Both the position numbers and the translations under genes were made by a program. The notes under the pieces are model-generated. The model made no database searches. It was not told the DNA's origin and saw only the letters and a list, made by a program, of their open reading frames with translations. Source: a virus. From it: DNA of 46,615 nt. The stretch lies in IMG/VR virus record IMGVR_UViG_3300029398_000003. One strand, written 5' to 3'. Shown piece after piece: positions 17,025-24,747 of this stretch. Every line of letters starts with the position of its first letter. Positions within the stretch are counted from its first letter, which is position 1.

Positions 17025-17228
17025 ATGCAGACATTAAAGGATTTGACGCTGGACAAGCTGATAAATCTCTATGAGGGTGTGGTAGTCCATGACAGAAAAC
17101 AGATTGTGGAATGGGATGGACACCGTGGGACACTTATCTACGAGATCAAGCAACGGACATTGGCGCAGGACAAAATGATTTTGGGTGCGCTGAAATGTGC
17201 CAAAGCGAACGGTTTCACCGGAGAATAA
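17025..17228 (+). CDS. Hypothetical protein
   Basis: 67-aa ORF, last + strand gene before the minus-strand lysogeny module. Confidence 0.4.
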   Translation: MQTLKDLTLDKLINLYEGVVVHDRKQIVEWDGHRGTLIYEIKQRTLAQDKMILGALKCAKANGFTGE

Positions 17229-17232
17229 AGGA

Positions 17233-17270
17233 AGACACCCTCTACCGTTATGGTAAAGGGTGTCTTTTTG
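17233..17270. terminator. Hairpin agacaccct-N15-agggtgtct followed by tttttgttt. Convergent terminator; alternative reading is an attP-type dyad.
   Basis: 9-bp perfect inverted repeat with a T-tract. Overlaps the last codons of the integrase gene. Confidence 0.5.
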
Positions 17271-18903
17271 TTTGAACGAATATCTTTCCCCATACAATGT
17301 AAGGTTCGGATATGCGCTCAATGGTGGACTTTGACCCCTCAAATCCGAACCCCTTCTCGCTGGAAGGGTTTATGCGGAAAGTCTTATTCTTGCAGGAGGT
17401 CAAGTTATATGCTGTCGTAATGCGGAAACCGTCAGGTTCGTCCCATACGGTAACGGAGTTCACCATGAGGTCAATGATAATGCGCCGGTATCTCTCGTCT
17501 TCGATGCGGCCTCCCTTAAACTCGGTCAGCCAGTAGACAATCTGGCTCCGCTCAATTTTACAGACATATTTCTCTTCTTCGGCTAAAAGTCGGAGAAGAT
17601 TTTTCTTTTCTTTCTCCAACTCTACAAGTCGGTTCATAAGAGCGTCAGAGGCAATACCCTTTTCAATGGCATTTGTAATATTGGCAATACCGCTCTCTGT
17701 TTCCTTCATCCGTTCTGTAAGTTCAGGAATACGGGTATTTTCTCGCAAGTCCTGTTCAGTTTGAGAGATCGCCATGTCTGCCAGCTCTTGAATGGTATCA
17801 TCGGTCAGTAACTCCATAGCGTCTTGCGCTACGATATACTCTATCCATTCTTTCTTCAAGGGCTTCTTTTCACAAGCGTGTTTCCGCTTCCTGGTATAAC
17901 AGGTGTAGTAATTGTGGACAGCTCCGGTCTTGCTGGTGCCACTTTCCCCGTTCATAGAGCCTCCACAATGGCCGCAGAAGAGCTTTCCGGCCAAGAGGTA
18001 ATCCACCTTGGCTTTGCCCCTTGCCGGGGCTTCTGCGTTCTTAGAGAGCCTACGGCCCACCGTTTCAAACAGTTCCTTGTCAATGATGGCCGGAACGCCT
18101 CCTTCCATCTCAATATCTTTGTAGGTATAGACCCCGATATATCGTTTATTACGGAACATGGACTTGAAACTATTCCGGTTAAACTCTACTCCCTTGGCTG
18201 TGCGGTAGCCTTTTGCGTTAAACATACGGCAAATATCGGCCACGGTTTCCCCATTGGCATAAAGTTCAAAAGCCTCTTGGACGATATGAGCGGTAGCCGG
18301 ATTGATAACCAGTTTATGATCTTCAATTTTATAGCCGAGAGGAACATGACCTCCTATACTATGGCATTTCAAGGCAGACTCCCTCATACCTCTGGTGATC
18401 TTCTGCGAGAGGTCGGCAGAGTAAAATTCCGCCATACCCTCCAACACAGCTTCAAGAATAATACCCTCCGGTTTCTCAGAAATGTTCTCAGTAGCAGAGA
18501 TGACCTTTACGCCGTTCTTTCTGAGGCGGAATTTGAAAAGTGCGCTATCTGTTCGGTTCCGAGCAAAGCGGTCAAGTTTCCAAACAACCACATACTCCCA
18601 TGGCTTTTTCTCGCTGTCCCGTATCATCTCTTGGAAGTGAACCCGTTTCTCCACATCTTTCCGGGCGGTGGTGGCCCGGTCTACATAGATAGCGGTAATA
18701 CGGTAGCCATTAAGTTTGCAGAAGGTTCGGCAATCACGGAGCTGCCCTTCAATGGATTGTTCCCGTTGCCGCTCGGAGCTGAACCGAAGGTACAACGATA
18801 CATCGGTGTCCCCTTCAAAAAGTGTGGAGGGGTCTTGTCTGAACTGGTCTATTTCCTCTTCGGTCAACATGGAGAGGTCAATGGGGAATTTTGTGATTTT
18901 CAT
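17248..18903 (-). CDS. int: Large serine recombinase (phage integrase)
   Basis: Resolvase-type N-terminal domain (LRFSSERQ, DRFARN), recombinase domain and a Cys-rich zinc ribbon (CGHCGG...YYTCYTRKRKHAC), followed by a coiled-coil C-terminus. Start at 18903 (MKITKF) preferred because of ggaga 8 nt upstream; the ORF track start is 18918. Confidence 0.85.
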   Translation of the reverse strand: MKITKFPIDLSMLTEEEIDQFRQDPSTLFEGDTDVSLYLRFSSERQREQSIEGQLRDCRTFCKLNGYRITAIYVDRATTARKDVEKRVHFQEMIRDSEKKPWEYVVVWKLDRFARNRTDSALFKFRLRKNGVKVISATENISEKPEGIILEAVLEGMAEFYSADLSQKITRGMRESALKCHSIGGHVPLGYKIEDHKLVINPATAHIVQEAFELYANGETVADICRMFNAKGYRTAKGVEFNRNSFKSMFRNKRYIGVYTYKDIEMEGGVPAIIDKELFETVGRRLSKNAEAPARGKAKVDYLLAGKLFCGHCGGSMNGESGTSKTGAVHNYYTCYTRKRKHACEKKPLKKEWIEYIVAQDAMELLTDDTIQELADMAISQTEQDLRENTRIPELTERMKETESGIANITNAIEKGIASDALMNRLVELEKEKKNLLRLLAEEEKYVCKIERSQIVYWLTEFKGGRIEDERYRRIIIDLMVNSVTVWDEPDGFRITTAYNLTSCKNKTFRINPSSEKGFGFEGSKSTIERISEPYIVWGKIFVQTKRHPLP

Positions 18904-18936
18904 AGCGTCTTTCTCCATTCAGACAGGTCGATGACC

Positions 18937-19320
18937 TTAGCCAACAACAGGCTCTTCCGAAGGGTCTGTTTTTTCTTTTGCTGTTCGGTCAAATTCATTC
19001 ATGGCGCATTGAATAATACGCAATTTACCCTCTGCGTCACAAAAAGAAAAGTATCTGAGTAGCCGTTCTTCTAACTCTGACGCGCCGGAAATACTGACCT
19101 TTCCTAAAAGATGATCGACTGAAATATCAAGAAATTCTGCAATTTTAGTAAGCCGTTTCAGATAAGAATTACTTGATTTGTTTTTCCAGTTTGTGAACAT
19201 CTGAGAACTAAAACCAAGATATTCACATAAATCCTTTTGTTCAATTTTCTTGTAATTTAGACAGGCAACAATGTTATCGAGAATAGCTTGCTCTTCGGGA
19301 GTACGATTTACCGTTTTCAT
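18937..19320 (-). CDS. XRE-family HTH repressor (CI-like, no S24 peptidase domain)
   Basis: MKTVNRTPEEQAILDNIVACLNYKKIEQKDLCEYLGFSSQMFTNWKNK is an HTH_3-like motif. ATG at 19320 with ggagg upstream. The longer track ORF (to 19485) would run across the operator/promoter region. Confidence 0.75.
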   Translation of the reverse strand: MKTVNRTPEEQAILDNIVACLNYKKIEQKDLCEYLGFSSQMFTNWKNKSSNSYLKRLTKIAEFLDISVDHLLGKVSISGASELEERLLRYFSFCDAEGKLRIIQCAMNEFDRTAKEKTDPSEEPVVG

Positions 19321-19345
19321 TGTGCGGGCACCTCCTGAAAATAAA

Positions 19346-19419
19346 TCAACAGAAATTGTTGATACCCTATTGACAACAACGATAATCGTTGATATACTCA
19401 TATCAACAACGAAAGTTAT
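19346..19419. promoter_or_regulatory. Lysogeny switch: three 17-bp operators of form TCAAC-N7-GTTGA (19346-19362, 19376-19392, 19403-19419)
   Basis: tcaacagaaattgttga, acaacgataatcgttga and tcaacaacgaaagttat, with centres 30 and 27 bp apart, lying between divergent genes. Confidence 0.65.
19370..19398 (+). promoter_or_regulatory. Rightward early promoter (TTGACA-17-TATACT) whose spacer is exactly operator 2
   Basis: ttgaca acaacgataatcgttga tatact. Shares the extended -35 context ctattgacaac with the promoters at 37748 and 40456. Confidence 0.7.
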
Positions 19420-19597
19420 AAAACAGGCAACAACAATCCGAGGGGTCAAATCTCTTTCTTTGAAAGAAATTCGGCTCCTATGCAAAAATGAAATCTCTAA
19501 TGCTTATTGTTCTGTGGCAAGTCCAGTATAGCATAAGCGATTTTAGTTGACAAGGATTATTTATAACTTTAGTTGTAAATCGAAGAAAGGAGGTCGC

Positions 19598-19900
19598 ATG
19601 ATGGTGGGAAACCCTACACCCCGTCCGTATTGGACACCCGATGTACCTGTTATCCGGCTGACGGAGCAGGAGCGCACGAGCTACCGTGAGCAGATCAGGG
19701 AACTTGTGGCTGGTGCAAGTCTGACCTTTACTTGGCTTATCCGGCAGCTCTCTGATGAAGGACTGATGACTGATAAGTACGAAATGTCCGCAACGCTCTC
19801 TGGTGTTCGCACCGGGGACAAAGCAGACGAAATCCTTCGCCGCTCCCTTGATATTCTACATCGGTATCAGATGCGGATGGGGTCATGCGGGGAGCCGTGA
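19598..19900 (+). CDS. First early-operon protein (Cro/antirepressor position), function unknown
   Basis: ATG 19598 is preceded by aaaggagg. 100 aa. Call based on position only. Confidence 0.4.
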   Translation: MMVGNPTPRPYWTPDVPVIRLTEQERTSYREQIRELVAGASLTFTWLIRQLSDEGLMTDKYEMSATLSGVRTGDKADEILRRSLDILHRYQMRMGSCGEP

Positions 19901-20067
19901 GTGCCTTTGTACCGGAAGTTCAAGCCCAGGCTAAAGCCGCAAGCCTGTTGTTGCTTCAAATTGTGCGGGAATATTTCACTGACCCCGTACACAGGGCCGA
20001 GTTTGAGGACTGGTACAGAAAGAAGACCGGAGAAGAGTATGTGTGGAAGAAGGTTACAGATGAATGA
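19885..20067 (+). CDS. Hypothetical early protein
   Basis: 60-aa ORF overlapping its neighbours at both ends. Confidence 0.35.
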   Translation: MRGAVSAFVPEVQAQAKAASLLLLQIVREYFTDPVHRAEFEDWYRKKTGEEYVWKKVTDE

Positions 20068-20300
20068 AACGGATATTTGGAACCCTGGCATTTCTCTCCT
20101 TTTTCTGGCTCCTTGGAACGGTTGCCGCTGTTGAGCAAGACATGATGGCTCTTGGCACCGGAACGCTTCACATGGCCTTTGCCCTATTCCTCTTCTATGT
20201 CTTTTGTAAACTGGCCGGAGCGTTTTATCCTACGCAGAAAAGGAAAAGCCGCAGACGGGAGTGCAGTCCCATCCACGGCAAGCGTAAAAGCTCAATCTGA
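20064..20300 (+). CDS. Small two-TM membrane protein with a basic tail
   Basis: FGTLAFLSFFWLLGTVAAV and MAFALFLFYVFCKLAGAF helices followed by KRKSRRRE. Confidence 0.45.
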   Translation: MKRIFGTLAFLSFFWLLGTVAAVEQDMMALGTGTLHMAFALFLFYVFCKLAGAFYPTQKRKSRRRECSPIHGKRKSSI

Positions 20301-20340
20301 TTATACCAGACATTTTGAAAATTGAAAAGGAGATTTTCAC

Positions 20341-21156
20341 ATGGATAAGAATGTATTTTCTCAGCTTGCGGCTGAGTTTGACCGCATGGAGCGGACGATC
20401 ACCTACCAAAAGGAAGTCATTTCCACCATGCAGAAGACCCCTACTTGCTCCTGTTGCAAGGTTCCCGCAGATGGCCGGATTTACACCCTTCCCGAACTCC
20501 CGAAGATGAAGCTGGACGATTGCTCTTGGGCTGAAATCGCTATGTATGCTCAGTCTGGCATGGCTGATAAGGTGTTTGCTCAGGGCGATACCAAAAAATT
20601 CACCCTGTCTAATGGCACAGTTATGTCGGCCCGTATCATCGACTTCAATCACGATACGGATAAAGAGAATAATATCCTGCCCATCACCTTTGAAACGGTA
20701 GAAACCCTCAATGATGACTTTCAGATGAACCCTGAGTACACCAACAAGGGCGGCTGGCAAAATTCTCAGCTTCGCAAGGTTCTGAACAATTCCGTCATCG
20801 AAATGCTTCCTGCTGATCTTCGGAAGGTCATCAAGCCCTGTTTGAAGAAGACGAGTTTGGGCGGAAATAGTGAGAAGTACGGCCTGACTTCTGACCCTCT
20901 GTTTGTTCTGTCCGAGCAGGAAATTTTTGGTCGAAAGATTTACTCCCATGGTGGCGAGGGGCATTGGTATGGCTGGTATCGCCAGGAGAATACCGAGTAC
21001 GGAAAGTGCAAGCAGAACGGTGAGCGGGATTGGCGGTGGGAGCGTTCGCCTCTTAGCGGCGGCACCAACAATTTCTGCAATGTGGACGGTTCGGGCAGCG
21101 CCTACAGTAACTCCGCCAACTACTCTTATGGCGTGTCCTTCGGCTTCTGCGTTTAA
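20341..21156 (+). CDS. DGR target protein 2, a paralogue of the target-1 C-terminal half, carrying VR2
   Basis: 271 aa. Shares IIDFNHD, GGW.(G/N)S, LP..LR.VIK, LSE.EIFG and WERSP...GVSFGFCV with target 1. No signal peptide seen. Located in the early operon. Confidence 0.8.
   Translation: MDKNVFSQLAAEFDRMERTITYQKEVISTMQKTPTCSCCKVPADGRIYTLPELPKMKLDDCSWAEIAMYAQSGMADKVFAQGDTKKFTLSNGTVMSARIIDFNHDTDKENNILPITFETVETLNDDFQMNPEYTNKGGWQNSQLRKVLNNSVIEMLPADLRKVIKPCLKKTSLGGNSEKYGLTSDPLFVLSEQEIFGRKIYSHGGEGHWYGWYRQENTEYGKCKQNGERDWRWERSPLSGGTNNFCNVDGSGSAYSNSANYSYGVSFGFCV
21035..21150 (+). repeat. DGR variable repeat VR2 (remote)
   Basis: 116-bp ungapped alignment to TR 12990-13105 with 14 mismatches, all at TR adenines. 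The 3' flank gtttaatcc is identical to that of VR1. Confidence 0.9.
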
Positions 21157-21174
21157 TCCGTAATCCACAATAAT

Positions 21175-21194
21175 CCCGCCCCGGAAGGGGCGGG
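21175..21194 (+). promoter_or_regulatory. GC-rich hairpin (8-bp stem, GGAA loop) 24 nt downstream of VR2
   Basis: cccgcccc ggaa ggggcggg, at the same distance from the VR end as the VR1 hairpin. Confidence 0.6.
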
Positions 21195-21206
21195 GAAAGG
21201 AGAGTC

Positions 21207-21617
21207 ATGAACTATATTGTGAAAATTTCATGGTATAGCGGAGGCTGCGAGTTACTTGCTGATGAATTTTTCCCAACCACGATGGAGAAAACCAGGAAGC
21301 TCTTCAAGCTCTTGGTTGCTGACCCTGATTGGGATGACGAAAAAGTAAGAGAGCTTTTGGATTATTTCAAGGAGCGCAAAGTCCTGGAAGTCAAAATGGC
21401 GGAAGAGGCTCGAAGCATGGCTCAGGGACTTATGCGGGAGGCAGAGGTCATTAAGGCAAGATGTTCTCGCAAATCCGAAGAATACCAGGAATATATGCGG
21501 TTCCGTGATAAGGCTTTAGACTTGAGCCGAAGTTCTACTACTCACTTGAACGCCGCTCGTTATTGCGTTAAGGCATCCGCACTCCTGAGAGATATGTGGG
21601 GAGGGAATGTGGTTTGA
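21207..21617 (+). CDS. Hypothetical protein
   Basis: 136-aa ORF with RBS aaaggagag. Confidence 0.5.
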   Translation: MNYIVKISWYSGGCELLADEFFPTTMEKTRKLFKLLVADPDWDDEKVRELLDYFKERKVLEVKMAEEARSMAQGLMREAEVIKARCSRKSEEYQEYMRFRDKALDLSRSSTTHLNAARYCVKASALLRDMWGGNVV

Positions 21618-21622
21618 CAAAC

Positions 21623-22021
21623 ATGAACCGTAAGACTGGAACCTCTTTTGAGCGGCAGCTTTGTACCAGCCTCGCAGGGTATGGCTTTTGGGCGCACCAG
21701 ATGGCGCAAAACAGCCAAGGCCAGCCATTTGATGTGATTGCCGCTAAGAATGGCCGCACCTATCCCATTGACTGCAAGGTATGTGAGAAAGATGTTTTCC
21801 GACTGGAACGAGTAGAAGAAAATCAGTATTCCGCAATGACACTCTGGCGACAGACGGGAAACGGTGAAGGATGGTTTGCTCTCAGAATGACCAACGGAGA
21901 GGTATGGTTTATATCCTTAGAAAATATGGAGAGAGCCATGCTATATTGTAAAACGCTCTACTGGTCTGAAATCAGGCATTTCGGGATTACTCTGGAAGAG
22001 TGGGTGTCGAAATGCGAATGA
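21623..22021 (+). CDS. PD-(D/E)xK nuclease, RecU-like Holliday junction resolvase candidate
   Basis: GTSFERQL...GQPFDVIAAKNGRTYPIDCKV fits a D...D-x-K nuclease core. Start is ambiguous (GTG 21596 or ATG 21623). Confidence 0.45.
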   Translation: MNRKTGTSFERQLCTSLAGYGFWAHQMAQNSQGQPFDVIAAKNGRTYPIDCKVCEKDVFRLERVEENQYSAMTLWRQTGNGEGWFALRMTNGEVWFISLENMERAMLYCKTLYWSEIRHFGITLEEWVSKCE

Positions 22022-23400
22022 CGGTTTCTAATCAGCTCAGGATTGAAAACCCTACCGCTGACCTGTTGGAATGGTGCAAGAAAAATCTGGTGTTGGCAAA
22101 TCCCGATTATACCAAAAAGGCCCGTATGAACCTGTGGCTTGGTAATACGCCGCAGAAGTTGTATCTCATGCAATGGGATGGCGACACACTGGTGCTTCCC
22201 TATGGTTGCTTCAATGATGTTCTTCGGCTGGCTCCATTCACCGATGTGTCCATGACCTTTGCTCCGCAGTCCAAGGTTGACTTCCAGTGCAACATTCCCC
22301 TTTACGATTATCAGGAGAAAGCAAAGGACGCTCTGGTAGAAAGTGGTCGTGGGATTTTGCAGAGTGCGGCTGGCTCCGGTAAAACGCAGATCGGAATTGC
22401 GCTGGCTTGCGAGATTGGAGAAAAGGCACTCTGGCTCACCCATACGAGGGACTTGCTTTTGCAGAGCAAGAGCCGAGCGGAGCAGTATATGAGTTCGGCC
22501 CTGACCGGAACAATCACAGAGGGAAGAGTCCAGATTGGTAAGGGTATCACCTTCGCAACGGTACAGACCATGTGCAATCTTGATCTAAGCCGATACAGGG
22601 ACACTTGGGGTTGTGTCATTGTGGACGAGTGTCACCGGGTAGCCGGTACACCTACCGCAGTCACACAATTTTCCAAGGTACTAAGCTCACTGGCCGCTCG
22701 GCATAAGTACGGCCTCTCTGCTACGGTTCATCGGGCAGACGGCATGATTGCTGCTACTTACGCTCTTTTGGGAAAAATCGCCTATCAGGTGCCAGACGAG
22801 GCGGTAGCCGATAAAATCATGACCGTCAGTGTCCTTCCCCGGCCTACTCAAATTGGTCTAAGTAAAGAGTTCCTTGATACGGACGGCACGATCATCTATG
22901 CCAAGCTGATAAATTATCTGGCTGAGGACTTCCGTAGAAACGGTCAGATTGTCGGTGATCTCATGCTGAACGCCGAGCATTACAACCTTGTTTTGTCTGA
23001 CCGGTTGGCCCACCTGGAATATTTGATGGCCCATCTCCCGAAGCATTTGAGAGATCAAGCGGTAATGGTAGACGGGAAAATGACTTCCAAAAAGGGCAAG
23101 GCGAAACGGGAACAGGCCATAGAGGACATGAGAGCCGGGAAGAAACACTATTTGTTCGCAACCTATGCCCTGGCAAAAGAAGGGTTGGACATTCCCAGGC
23201 TTGACCGGTTGTACCTCACCACTCCGCAAAAGGATTACGCCATTATTACACAGAGCGTAGGTCGTATTGCCAGAACCTTTGAGGGCAAGGGAGAACCGAT
23301 TGCCTATGATTATGTGGATAACGGTATTCAATACCTTGTCCGCAGTTATAAAAAACGATGCACTTCGTACCGCAAATGCGGTTGCAAAATTTTAGAATGA
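22018..23400 (+). CDS. Superfamily-2 DEAD/DEAH-box helicase
   Basis: Walker A AAGSGKT, motif II VIVDECHR and C-terminal helicase motifs (QSVGRIAR). ATG 22018 overlaps the upstream stop (ATGA). Confidence 0.75.
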   Translation: MTVSNQLRIENPTADLLEWCKKNLVLANPDYTKKARMNLWLGNTPQKLYLMQWDGDTLVLPYGCFNDVLRLAPFTDVSMTFAPQSKVDFQCNIPLYDYQEKAKDALVESGRGILQSAAGSGKTQIGIALACEIGEKALWLTHTRDLLLQSKSRAEQYMSSALTGTITEGRVQIGKGITFATVQTMCNLDLSRYRDTWGCVIVDECHRVAGTPTAVTQFSKVLSSLAARHKYGLSATVHRADGMIAATYALLGKIAYQVPDEAVADKIMTVSVLPRPTQIGLSKEFLDTDGTIIYAKLINYLAEDFRRNGQIVGDLMLNAEHYNLVLSDRLAHLEYLMAHLPKHLRDQAVMVDGKMTSKKGKAKREQAIEDMRAGKKHYLFATYALAKEGLDIPRLDRLYLTTPQKDYAIITQSVGRIARTFEGKGEPIAYDYVDNGIQYLVRSYKKRCTSYRKCGCKILE

Positions 23401-23411
23401 GGGGGGGACAA

Positions 23412-23798
23412 ATGAAAACCCGTGAGTGTGATGTGGGTGGAGCAGTCAGGCTCCCGAAACAGTTTTATGAACGGCCTCTCACACTTGAAGAAAGCCGGTT
23501 TGCTTCGGAACACATTAGTATTGTGTACCGCTATTTAAGACAACAGGGCTTAAACTCTGATGAATGGTTTGATGTGGTTATCTTCCGGTATCTGTTAAGT
23601 GTGAAGCGATATTTTGCACTTCCTGAGTTGCAGAAATTGAAGTTTATCACGGTAGCCTGTTCCGCAATGCGCTCTGCCGTAGGACATGAAAGGCGAAAAC
23701 AAGCCTCTGAGCCAGTTACGGTCAGTCTGTTTGATGTTATACCGAGTACAGAAGACCTCTGTTATATCGACACGATAGCTGCCCCGGAAACCAATTAA
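23412..23798 (+). CDS. Sigma-70 region-2-like putative transcription factor
   Basis: 128 aa. SEHISIVYRYLRQQGL..DEWFDVVIFRYLLSVKRYF...KFITVACSAMRSAV follows the spacing of sigma region 2. No obvious region 4. Confidence 0.3.
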   Translation: MKTRECDVGGAVRLPKQFYERPLTLEESRFASEHISIVYRYLRQQGLNSDEWFDVVIFRYLLSVKRYFALPELQKLKFITVACSAMRSAVGHERRKQASEPVTVSLFDVIPSTEDLCYIDTIAAPETN

Positions 23799-23805
23799 GA
23801 AGAGG

Positions 23806-24075
23806 GTGAATAGATTGAAAATTACCTACAATGTTCAGGCTCCCGAAAGAAGGGGATTTGCCAAGAGCGAAGAAGTCAAGGCCATTGAAGATTTTCTAAC
23901 CAGCGGTAACGCAAAGAATATGTGTTTTGAGTATGACACCAAGGAAGAGGCGAAGAACAAACTGGCAACCATTTCGGGTCATAAGCGCAAGTACAATGAG
24001 CAGCACCCGAAGGGGTATGATGCTTACCGAGTTGATAAGTGTATCTATATCATCCGGGGAGCCAAGGTAAAATGA
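23806..24075 (+). CDS. Hypothetical protein
   Basis: 89-aa ORF. Start is GTG 23806 or TTG 23815. Confidence 0.4.
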   Translation: MNRLKITYNVQAPERRGFAKSEEVKAIEDFLTSGNAKNMCFEYDTKEEAKNKLATISGHKRKYNEQHPKGYDAYRVDKCIYIIRGAKVK

Positions 24076-24747
24076 AAGTCCTTGTAGCCTGTGAAGAGAG
24101 TCAAGCGGTATGTATCGCCTTTCGGAAATTGGGGCATGAAGCCTATTCTTGCGATACACAAGAGTGTTCTGGTGGGCACCCGGAATGGCACATCAAAGGA
24201 GATGTTCTTCCTCTTATCAATGGTAATAAGCCGTTTATTACGATGGACGGTGATCTTCACGCCATTGTTGGAACATGGGATTTGCTGATTGCTTTTCCTC
24301 CATGCACCTACCTGACCAATGCGGGTTCTGTCCGATTGCGAATAAAAGGGGAAATCAATAAAGAACGAATGGCGAAAGCCGTTGAAGCCAAAGCGTTTTT
24401 CATGAAATTTCTGGAAGCAGATTGCCAGAAAATTTGTGTTGAGAACCCCACACCCGGAAAAATCCACCAGTTGCCGCAATATACCCAAGCGATACAGCCG
24501 TGGTGGTTCGGACACCCTTACACGAAGCGGACTTGCCTGTGGCTTAAAAACCTCCCCCCCCCTTACCCCTACCGATATTATTCGGGAAGGAGTTACCCCG
24601 TATGTTAATGGAGGTTGTAAAGACGCTCATGGGAATTACCGGAGATTTCAGGGTAGGAATGAGCGTGACCCAAAAACTCGTTCAAAAACATTTCCGGGTG
24701 TTGCACAAGCAATGGCCCGACAGTGGGGAGGCGATATGAGTGGATAA
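24072..24747 (+). CDS. C5-cytosine-methyltransferase-like protein, reading frame broken at a C9 tract (24554-24562)
   Basis: FPPCTY (PC-type motif IV), VENP (ENV-type motif VI) and C-terminal TFPGVAQAMARQW. ORF 24072-24608 and ORF 24436-24747 fuse if one C is removed. Confidence 0.5.
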
